Below are positions 25,301 to 35,639 of a DNA stretch of 64,000 bases, piece by piece. Both the position numbers and the translations under genes were made by a program. A model generated the notes under the pieces. It ran no database searches and was not told the origin of the DNA. It worked only from the letters and a program-made list of their open reading frames with translations. Origin of the DNA: Octopus bimaculoides (lineage: Eukaryota); contig NC_068981.1 in assembly GCF_001194135.2 (NCBI RefSeq), positions 66,665,195-66,729,194 of the forward strand. The letters run 5' to 3'. The stretch's first letter is position 1. Each line of letters opens with the position of its first letter.

Positions 25301-25902
25301 TTAATCTCCACTACTGAATCCCATTGAAAGATATAGTGGTAGATCATTAAATCAAATTTATTTATTTAAAAACAAGGAATCTTTATTCATATAGTAATAT
25401 AGTTCGGAAAGAATAGTACAAATTAGAGAGAGCAACATTATTGAAAAAACAGAAAGAAAATAATTCTGGCAGTATGATGAAAAGGATTTTTAAAAAAATG
25501 TAAAAAGAACAAAAAATTAAAAGAAAAAGACAAAATCATGCTGGAAGCATTGATTATTGAATTATGATTATGAATAAACATGAATTCTATTTTTGAAAAA
25601 AAAAAATAGTTTCAATACAATAACTGATTTGATTTTAACTTGCAGGTGTTCCATTTTTTATTTTTTATTATATTCATGTGTGTCTGTGTATTGGTGTATT
25701 TCTATGTATGTTTAATATTTTAATATGTAGTAGTATATAAAGAAACAATCAAAATATTGTCCTTTTCCGCCTACTCTCTTCTCCCCTGCTCACTCTCCAG
25801 ACATACACACACATACAAATATATATGTGTGTGTGTGTCTGTGCACACACACATGTACACACACATATATATAAATATATGTGCACATACATATATATGT
25901 AT

Positions 25903-26290
25903 CTTGTTTCAGTCATTACATTGTGGCCATGTTGGGGCATCACCTTGAAGAATTTCAGTCAAATGAATCGACCACAGTACTTTTTCATTTTTTTCTTGAG
26001 CCTGGTATTTTTCTACTTGTCCCTTCTGCTGAACTACTAATTTATATCGAAATAAACACACCAAACACCTGTTTTTAAGCAGTGGTGACAGACAGACAGA
26101 CAGACAGGCAGACACACACACACACACACTCTGGGTTTCTTTTAGTTTCCGTCGATCAAATCCACTTACAAGGCTTTGGTTGGCCTGAGGCTATAGTAGA
26201 AGACACTTGCCCAAAATGGCACGCAGTGGGACTGAACCCAGAACCATATGGTTAGGAAGCAAACTTCTTACCACACAGCCATGCCTGTAC
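25903..26290 (-). mobile_element. SINE family B, diverged
   Basis: tttcagtcatt..tggccatgttggggca and gaagacacttgccc..cttaccacacagcc. Confidence 0.75.
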
Positions 26291-26393
26291 CTGTGTGTGT
26301 ATTTTAAGCTATAAAATATTTATAGTTAAATATAAAATATAAAATCTGTCAAATATACTCCAGTAGACTAACATATTTATTTCTTTTTAAAAC

Positions 26394-26860
26394 GAAAAGC
26401 CAGGGTACAATATGTACCTGTTTGCTTGAAAGAGGAGTTAAAACCCTCCAAAACCACGCATCTCTCACAATATATAAACATGTATGAAGAATATAGCAAA
26501 TATATTTCTCTGAAACAGTCCTCCCACTTTTAAAATAAATTTTGTAAAATACAAATAAGATCATAAACATCCTAGTATCAATTGATTTCACTTTCTGTAT
26601 TGAACCAACACTTAAAGCTCGTCAGCTAGGCTTACTACATAAACTATTTCAAAAAACATTTTTACCTGTCCATGCGCGTTGTTCAAATGAAGGCCCTGCA
26701 ACTTCCAAATGAACGTTAGTGAACAAACATAAATTTAAAGTAAGTTATTATTTATAAAAAATAATGATAAAGTGTTTACATATTGTAAGAGAAGTGTAGT
26801 TTTGGAGGGTTTTAACTCCTCTTTTAAGCAAACAGGTATATATATTGCACCCTGACTTTT
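26394..26860. mobile_element. Foldback/MITE-like element with ~88-bp inverted repeats
   Basis: 26394-26480 is an imperfect reverse complement of 26773-26860. Confidence 0.7.
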
Positions 26861-27793
26861 TGTTATATATTTTACTCATTTGAATTATGTTTACTGGCCA
26901 CTTTGTCATTATTTTTATAGATAATGATAACTTATTTGAATTTTAAATGTATTTAAATATATGTAAATGCATGTGGAGGCATGGCAGTATGGCTTAGAAA
27001 TTCACTTCTCAACCATGTATCTTCATATTCAATCACACTGCATGTTATCTTGTGCATATGTCTTATAATATATCATAAGACATAATATATATATAGACTT
27101 GTGAAGGAATTTGGAAGACAGAAATATATATATATATATATANNNNNNNNNNNNNNNNNNNNNNNNNNNNNNNNNNNNNNNNNNNNNNNNNNNNNNNNNN
27201 NNNNNNNNNNNNNNNNNNNNNNNNNNNNNNNNNNNNNNNNNNNNNNNNNNNNNNNNNNNNNNNNNNNNNNNNNNNNNNNNNNNNNNNNNNNNNNNNNNNN
27301 NNNNNNNNNNNNNNNNNNNNNNNNNNNNNNNNNNNNNNNNNNNNNNNNNNNNNNNNNNNNNNNNNNNNNNNNNNNNNNNNNNNNNNNNNNNNNNNNNNNN
27401 NNNNNNNNNNNNNNNNNNNNNNNNNNNNNNNNNNNNNNNNNNNNNNNNNNNNNNNNNNNNNNNNNNNNNNNNNNNNNNNNNNNNNNNNNNNNNNNNNNNN
27501 NNNNNNNNNNNNNNNNNNNNNNNNNNNNNNNNNNNNNNNNNNNNNNNNNNNNNNNNNNNNNNNNNNNNNNNNNNNNNNNNNNNNNNNNNNNNNNNNNNNN
27601 NNNNNNNNNNNNNNNNNNNNNNNNNNNNNNNNNNNAAACATGTTAAACTAGTGATACATATGTACACAGACACACACATACACAGCATGCATACATACAT
27701 GTACACATACATGCAAATCATAATGTGTGGTAAAATATACACAAATATGTATTTTACACAGTGCATGCATTATTTGATATAGAACTCAATGTA

Positions 27794-28026
27794 GAGTGGT
27801 GAGCTGGCAGAATCGTTAGCATGCTGGATGAAATGCTTAGCGGTATTTTGCCCATCTCTATGTTCTGTGTTCTAATTCCGCCGAGGTCGACTTTGCCTTT
27901 CATCTTTTTGGGGTCGATAAATTAAGTACCAGTGAAACACTGGAGTCGATGTAATCGACTTAATCTCTTTGTCTGTCCTTGTTTGTCCTCTCTATGTTTA
28001 GCCCCCTGTGGGCAATAAAGAAATAA
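27794..28026 (+). mobile_element. SINE family A with tail type 1
   Basis: Same sequence and tail (..gggcaataaagaaataa) as 31-265. Confidence 0.85.
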
Positions 28027-28069
28027 ATGTATAATTGGAGAGTGGATATCTATGTTTGTCTGTCTATCT

Positions 28070-28101
<32 letters not shown>

Positions 28102-28104
28102 ATA

Positions 28105-28915
28105 CAGTCATACCTCACCCTATGTCGTTAATTGGTTCCAGAGGACATGGCTTAAGTCAAAAATGACAAGTTGAAATAAGCATTATTTTAATGTATATAC
28201 ATGTAATAATTAAATCCTAGGCTAGCCAAGATAATTTTTATGTTAGCTTATGAATTTGGTAAATTGTTAGGCAAGCCTAGGCTGCTTTTGTATTAGAAAT
28301 AATTTCAAATACTGTACTGTTGCCTACCTGATGGCTGACATTGGTGTTACTCATTGAGGCTGGTGTAAGAGGAGATTACATGCTAGATGTTGATGATTGG
28401 GGATCATCAGCTGACTCCTGTTGTGATGGTGTAGATCGTTGTACGAACTTGTCTAAAGTTCCTTGAATTTTTCTTCTTCTTCTTTTCAAGGATTAGGTAA
28501 TATGGTGCAATAATATCTTGACAACCACTGCCCAATATTTTTACAAAATGTTGTGCATTGGGATCCATTTCCTTAAATAAAGCAAGACATTTATCTAAAT
28601 GAGAAAAAGCCTCTTGCCTTTCCTTCAATGTAAAATGATGAGGCTCGTGATCAATGATGCATACTGTGTTTTAACATTAATCTTAATAAGCTATACAGAT
28701 TACATGTTTCTATTGCTTTTTTATTTATTTCCCGGAGACGAATACAAACGTAATCAATCGATACAACCTGGAACTGACAGTACAGTATAGTATGAATGTT
28801 ATTGCTGTTTTGCCAGGTGATGTAAATTAATACAGTAGTTAATATTTAATATTTTAGAAAGACAGACGTATCTTTGGAAATGATGTAAGTTGAAACGACT
28901 TAACCAGAGGTATAT
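28105..28915 (-). mobile_element. Internally deleted pogo/Tigger transposon with transposase C-terminal remnant
   Basis: ta|cagtcatacctc terminus and degenerate opposite end cgacttaaccagaggtata; minus 28407-28628 reads HLDKCLALFKEMDPNAQHFVKI..IAPYYLILEKKKKK then (frameshift) QGTLDKFV, like the Tigger MDPNxER..YxxIYxEKKK..QTSLDxF end. Confidence 0.7.
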
Positions 28916-28921
28916 GTGTGA

Positions 28922-28991
<70 letters not shown>

Positions 28992-28999
28992 TCATCATC

Positions 29000-29300
29000 A
29001 TCATCATCATATCATCATCATCATTGTTTAACGTCTGTTTTCCATGTTGGCATGGGTTGGATGGTTTGACTGGAGACTGGCAAGTCAGGAGGCCGCACCA
29101 GGCTCCAATCTGATCTGGCAAAGTTTCTATGGCTGGATGCCCTTCCTAATGAGAACCACTCAGAGAGTGTAGTGGGTGCTTTTTACGTGCCACCTGCATG
29201 GGAGCCAGTCAGGCGGCACTGTCATTGGCCATGTTTGGATGGTGCTTTTTATATGCCACAGGCACAGGAGTCAGTCTGGGCGGTAGGTGCTGGCATTGAC
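29000..29300 (-). mobile_element. Family D element
   Basis: (cat)n..tttccatgttggcatgggttgga..ggatgcccttcctaat..gtgggtgctttttacgtgccac. Confidence 0.8.
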
Positions 29301-29965
29301 CTTTGCATCTCCCATTAACAAACACTACTTTCTCCTTTAACCTTCCTGTGATTCTGCTGCACCTCGTGTGTCCCCATCATCATCATCTTTGTTTTAACAC
29401 CCACTTTTCAGTGCTTTCTTATACAGTCTTATATATCTGTTATAACATCCACTTTTCAGTGCTTGCTTATATAGTCTTATATATCTCTAAATGTGTGTGT
29501 TTGTGTTTACGTGTGCTTACATTTGTTGCTTTGTGTTGAGTGTAGTATATTGACATCCACTGTAAAATGTAAAACTGGTGCTTTCTGAACAAAATTACTT
29601 GTACTAAGTTAGACACTTCCTTGTCAATCTTATCATCTGAAATGCATTGAAGCAGTGATTGGCCCTTCGGAAAAACATCTCCAATGACACTTGTTTACAA
29701 GTTGCAATATGAAACAGATAATAAAAATACGTAATTTCTCTTCAACCTCCACAAATATTTTGCACCCAGTACCCATATCTCGTACCATATTCATCACACT
29801 TTTTACTCTTGCTTCATTCAGTTTGTATTTTGGTTACATTGGCATAGGCATGGCTGTGTGGTTAAGAAGCTTGCTTTGCAACCACATGGTTTCAGGTTCT
29901 GTCTCACTGTGTGGTATGCTGGGCAAGTGTCTTCTCTTATAGCCCTGGGCTAACAAATGCCTCAA

Positions 29966-30577
29966 CCCTTTAGCATTCAGATTACTCTATCAAATGTAAT
30001 GCTTATTTACTCTTTTACACGTTTCAGTCACTTGACAGTGGTCATACTGGAGCACCGCCTTTAGTTGAAGAAATCAACCCCAGGACTTATTCTTTGTAAG
30101 TCTAGTACTTATTCTATCAGTCTCTTTTGCCAAACTGCTAAGTTTTGGGGACATAAAAACACCAGCTTCGGTTGTCAAGCAATGGAGAGTGGGGGGACAA
30201 ACACAGACACACACACACACATAAATATATATACATATATACACATGATGAGATTCTTTCAGTTTCTGTCTACCAAATCCACTCACAAGGCTTTGGTTGG
30301 ACTGAGGCTATAGTAGAAGACACTTGCCCAAGGTGCTAGACAGTGAGACTGAACCCAGAACCATGTGGTTGGGCAGCAAGCTTCTTACCACAGCCACACC
30401 TGTGCCTTTATTCACATTATTTTGATTATCTCATGCACTGTCTTGCAGTTTTGAGATTTCAATGTTGGGATTCTTTACTTCAGGATTGACATTATAGGGT
30501 AGGTCTAAGAGGCCAGGTCTGAACATAGAATAGGAAGAATACTTGGGTTAAATATGACCGGTTTAAATATTAAAGAG
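29966..30577. mobile_element. piggyBac-like MITE (family 2), interrupted
   Basis: tcaa|ccctttagcattcagatt..tttaaatattaaagag|ttaa; reverse-complement match to 40012-40231 and 43492-43750. Confidence 0.7.
30010..30405 (-). mobile_element. SINE family B nested in MITE
   Basis: Full reverse-complement match to 6370-6760. Confidence 0.85.
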
Positions 30578-31699
30578 TTAAGAGTGAATTTGGTAGATGG
30601 TAGGCGGAAGCTGTTGTGTATGTATGTATGTATGTATGTATGTATGTATGTATGTATGTATGTATNNNNNNNNNNNNNNNNNNNNNNNNNNNNNNNNNNN
30701 NNNNNNNNNNNNNNNNNNNNNNNNNNNNNNNNNNNNNNNNNNNNNNNNNNNNNNNNNNNNNNNNNNNNNNNNNNNNNNNNNNNNNNNNNNNNNNNNNNNN
30801 NNNNNNNNNNNNNNNNNNNNNNNNNNNNNNNNNNNNNNNNNNNNNNNNNNNNNNNNNNNNNNNNNNNNNNNNNNNNNNNNNNNNNNNNNNNNNNNNNNNN
30901 NNNNNNNNNNNNNNNNNNNNNNNNNNNNNNNNNNNNNNNNNNNNNNNNNNNNNNNNNNNNNNNNNNNNNNNNNNNNNNNNNNNNNNNNNNNNNNNNNNNN
31001 NNNNNNNNNNNNNNNNNNNNNNNNNNNNNNNNNNNNNNNNNNNNNNNNNNNNNNNNNNNNNNNNNNNNNNNNNNNNNNNNNNNNNNNNNNNNNNNNNNNN
31101 NNNNNNNNNNNNNNNNNNNNNNNNNNNNNNNNNNNNNNNNNNNNNNNNNNNNNNNNNNNNNNNNNNNNNNNNNNNNNNNNNNNNNNNNNNNNNNNNNNNN
31201 NNNNNNNNNNNNNNNNNNNNNNNNNNNNNNNNNNNNNNNNNNNNNNNNNNNNNNNNNNNNNNNNNNNNNNNNNNNNNNNNNNNNNNNNNNNNNNNNNNNN
31301 NNNNNNNNNNNNNNNNNNNNNNNNNNNNNNNNNNNNNNNNNNNNNNNNNNNNNNNNNNNNNNNNNNNNNNNNNNNNNNNNNNNNNNNNNCACACACAACA
31401 TATACATACACATGTATGTACATACACACACACACACACATACTTCAGACTGCCACTTAAAAACCTACTGACCTACGCACATGTGAAGAGACACACAACT
31501 ACACAAAAGACTGCCACTCCTGCTACTAAATTCTTCCTACAACATTAAGCAACACAAAGTTCATTCACACATACACATATAAACAGTTAAAACCACACAC
31601 ACACACACATGCACACACGTGCTATTACACACACGTGCTATTACACACGCACACACACACACACACACACAGACTTGCATGTACACACACACCTACACA

Positions 31700-31945
31700 T
31701 ACCTCCTTCTCTTACACTCTCCTGTCTTAGAAAGAACTTTTTCTTCACCCATTCCCTTCTGGTCATTTCAAAATGTAACCACATGTGAATCGTTGGCGAT
31801 TTTCTTCCTTCTTTCCCTTCTATTGGACATTCCTCTGTTTCCGAAGAAGAGCGTCTGCCTGAAACGTTAAACCATTTTTCTTTCCTTCCCTGAGCGTCTG
31901 CTAATACATTACATGTACACTTCCTCACATTGTTTTGTTTTTTGT
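31700..31945 (+). mobile_element. Penelope-like terminal-repeat fragment carrying a hammerhead-like motif
   Basis: gtttccgaagaagagcgtctgcctgaaacgttaaac is the NNGANGA..GAAAC signature typical of PLE ends. Confidence 0.5.
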
Positions 31946-32334
31946 GTTAGTTCTTTTTAGGATTTACTATATATATATGTATATATATTGGTATTCTAGC
32001 ATCTTATTGAAGACCTCAATTTGGTAAATTAAGGGAAAACTGAACTACCAAATACACCTGGATTTCGCATTAATGAAACATGTTGTTTTGTAGTTTATCC
32101 CCAAAACATACACGTCTTTGTAATAGGTGGATACTGTTTTTTTTTCTTTCTAATGTTATAACTTAGATAAACCTATACAGGCTTTGCTGTTGAAGAAACA
32201 CTTATCAAATAGCAATTTTTTGTAAAAAGAGCAAAGGGCAACATTTTGGAATCTGTTCTTTAATTAAGCATAGGCCTTGAATTTACAAAATCAGAGAACC
32301 TTTGGATGTTACCATACTCTTTTTTTTTTTTACT

Positions 32335-32714
32335 ATTTTACTTGTTTCAGTCATTTGACTGCGGCCATGCTGGAGCACCGCCTTTAGTCGAGCAAATCGA
32401 CCCCAGGACTTATTCTTTGTAAGCCTAGTACTCATTCTATCAGTCTCTTTTGCCAAATCGCTAAGTTACGGGGATGCAAACACACCACCATCGGTTGTTA
32501 AGCGATGTTGGGGGGAGAAACAGACACACAAACATACATATATATATATATACATATATATGACGGGCTTCTTTCAGTTTCTGTCTACCAAATCCACTCA
32601 CAAGGCTTTGGTCGGCCCGAGGCTATAGTAGAAGACACTTGCCCAAGGTGCCACACAGTGGGAATGAACCCAGAACCATGTGGTTGGTAAGCAAGCTACT
32701 TACCACACAGCCAC
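32335..32714 (-). mobile_element. SINE family B, young
   Basis: High-identity reverse complement of 6370-6760; CpGs retained. Confidence 0.9.
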
Positions 32715-33294
32715 TTGTGCCATTTTTTTCACAAAATACAACACTCATGGAAAACAACTTAAAATTTGAGTAAATTTTGCTGTATTTTAAGGAAAATTCC
32801 TTAAGAGCATGAATAAAAATCTTCAAAATAGTTTCTAAAGTTGCTAAGAATTCACCAGTTTAAATAAAATCCATACTTTAGTAGCCCATTTTCCTTGCTT
32901 TCAATGACCAAAAAATAATTTTGGAACTGAGCTTCTAACTATTGCATTGTCTGTACCTCAGTTGATATTCTGTATTGACTGTGTGTCTGACTTACAGAGC
33001 TCTTCTCTCAAAAATAATTTTGTACTTTAGCAAGAAATTTCAGCTACTTTTTGTTTTGTTGTACTTAAATATTCAGCATAATGTATTTTATCATACTGAC
33101 ACTTATTTATCTTTATTTCACTAACATTATGGATGAGGGTTGAAAAAAAATTTGTGATACTAAAAAATTCATTGCATTAGTCTTCCTTATAATGGTATTT
33201 TAACCAACCATCCATCCACCCAAGGTGGTGTGCAGTGGGACTGAACCTGAGACCACATGGTTTGAAAGCAAGCTTCTTAACAGTCATGCCTGTG

Positions 33295-33337
<43 letters not shown>

Positions 33338-33344
33338 CTGTGTG

Positions 33345-34490
33345 AGTTAGAGGTTGAGAAACCGACCAAAGGGCAATTTGATCTATCTCTGCATGAGCAT
33401 AACTGTTTGATTTTATTGGTTGTGTACATCAAGCGTTGGAAGGATTAGTTCTGTTCGGTATTTTGGTTGTCAACATTATCGTTTTATTATCACTAGGTGT
33501 TCTCAGTTTCTTATTTGAATTGTTGCTGGTGTTGTTTTTTGGATGGTTATCATGGATATTGTAATTATTGCTCTGTTGGTTGGTAGTATAATTTGAGTTA
33601 TAAACATTGTCTTTTGGTTGGTCATATGAGTTATGGTTGATGTCAAGAAGGTTATTTTGGGTGCTGACTAATCTTTACCTCAGTTTACAGTTGTTAATCC
33701 TATGCATTGGTGCTCTAAGTTTGATAAATTTATATTGGATAGATTTATAGTGTGACAGTTGAATATTTTGCTGTACACTCCATTTTTAGGGAAGCAGTGA
33801 TCAAGTGCAGTGAAAAATTGTTTTGCAATCTTAGATGAGATGTTGGAGTTTCAGATTGGGTTATACCAAAGGACATCATAGTTTTTATATTTTCGGTTAG
33901 GTCTGTTTGTCTGGGTGCAATTCATGGTTGATTCTAATGTGTCTGGGTTTGATTAGTCTTATTTTATGGTTTGTGATTCTATTGTATAGGTTTTTGATAC
34001 TGTCTATGTAGTTATGTTGTTATAATGAATCACATTATTAACAGTTGAGCTATAAGAGTTGTTATTTCTACTACTACTGGTATATTGAATTTTCTCACAA
34101 TATCCGGCCTTAGCTAAGGCTGATTTATAATAAGGTGCGTGTATGTTGAATATATTTCCATTTGCATATAACCTGGATATTCTAGCGGAGATATTGTTAA
34201 CGAGTCCCCTAATTATTAATGGTGGATGATTAGATCCAACATTGATGTATTTTAGATTCTCATTAGGTTTATGGAACGGTTTGTGTAGACCAGTATCCAA
34301 GTCAAAAGTAGCATCTAAAAAGTTGACTCTACGGTATTCATTGATTATAGTGATGGAGAGTCTGTTATTTTGAAAAACTTAAATAGAGATTTTTGTACTT
34401 TTCGTGCTGTACTTTGCTACATTTATGTAGGAAGAATAATGCGTCATCTCTGTATAAGCCTCCATTCAATCCAGGAATATAGTGGTACGT
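33345..34490 (-). pseudogene. Penelope-like retroelement remnant (RT C-half, thumb, linker; GIY-YIG absent)
   Basis: Minus strand gives GLYRDDALFF, DTGLHKPFHKPNENLKYINVGSNHPPLIIRGLVNNISARISRL..YYKSALAKAGY, VLWYNP..QFFTALDHCFPKNGVYSKIFN and LCSCRDRSNCPLVG, the characteristic PLE motifs in correct order, with frameshifts and stops. Confidence 0.85.
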
Positions 34491-34506
34491 AAAACCGAAA
34501 CTTTTT

Positions 34507-34557
34507 ATTGATGTATCCAAAGAGACCCAGAATGGGTCGAAATGTGTCGTACTCAAT
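34507..34557 (+). ncRNA. Minimal type-I hammerhead ribozyme-like motif (degenerate)
   Basis: Stem I attgatgtat/gtactcaat, core ccaaaga, stem II gaccc-agaat-gggtc, gaaa, stem III tgtg, GUC site at 34546-34548. Confidence 0.6.
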
Positions 34558-35358
34558 NNNNNNNNNNNNNNNNNNNNNNNNNNNNNNNNNNNNNNNNNNN
34601 NNNNNNNNNNNNNNNNNNNNNNNNNNNNNNNNNNNNNNNNNNNNNNNNNNNNNNNNNNNNNNNNNNNNNNNNNNNNNNNNNNNNNNNNNNNNNNNNNNNN
34701 NNNNNNNNNNNNNNNNNNNNNNNNNNNNNNNNNNNNNNNNNNNNNNNNNNNNNNNNNNNNNNNNNNNNNNNNNNNNNNNNNNNNNNNNNNNNNNNNNNNN
34801 NNNNNNNNNNNNNNNNNNNNNNNNNNNNNNNNNNNNNNNNTATATTTATATGAAGCAACTGGTTGTAATTTCTGTAGTCTCCACTTCAACTTGTTTTGCT
34901 GTCTGTTGCTCTTCTGTTTCCAATTCTTTAGGATTTCCCTCTTAGCATTACCTTTACTTTTGTCTTCATCTAGCTCTAAGGTTATATTCTGTTTGTTTAT
35001 TTATTTTGTTTTTGCCCTTTGTCCATCCACTAACACTCTCGTCTGGAATTACATTTACTTATTTCATATGTCCACTTCTGTATTACTTGTTTATCTATTT
35101 ATTGTTTGTTTGTTCTTGTTCTGTTATATTTTGGTCCCATTTCCTTGCAGCCTTCTTGCTGGTCACCACCGGAAGGGAAGTAAGATTATCATTAAAGGCA
35201 CAAAATTGCGTTTGACCCTCTGGCCGATGACTGATGAGGGGTTGACGTTCTGTGTCTGTTTTCCGTTTCTCTGTGCATTTACTATATGTTTCTCAACTTG
35301 ACATTTTGTGTCTGTTTCCGTTTGTGCATTTACTCTGTTTTATAAAACACACGCACGC

Positions 35359-35450
<92 letters not shown>

Positions 35451-35639
35451 TTCCTACAGACATATATGAAAGTGTGTGCCTGTATGAATATATAAATAAG
35501 CACTGGATTACTAAATTGAGACTGTTTTAAAAATGTTATTCATTAATACCATGAATTAAGAGCTAATATTTTGCATGTAACAAGTCTAAGATATTATCTT
35601 TGTTTTTTTATGTTACTGTTTGCAAAAGATTGTATAAGA

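Larger units (their letters stand above)
29845..30620 (+). mobile_element. SINE family B host, interrupted by a MITE that is itself interrupted by another SINE B
   Basis: B head 29845-29962 resumes at 30582 (gagtgaatttggtagatgg). Confidence 0.7.

Noticed and set aside
29397-29490. Two-copy ~48-bp tandem duplication
   Set aside because: Ordinary local slippage duplication with no further structure.
35231-35250. CTGATGAGGGG as a hammerhead core
   Set aside because: No GAAA box or stem II partner; at most a deleted PLE-end remnant.
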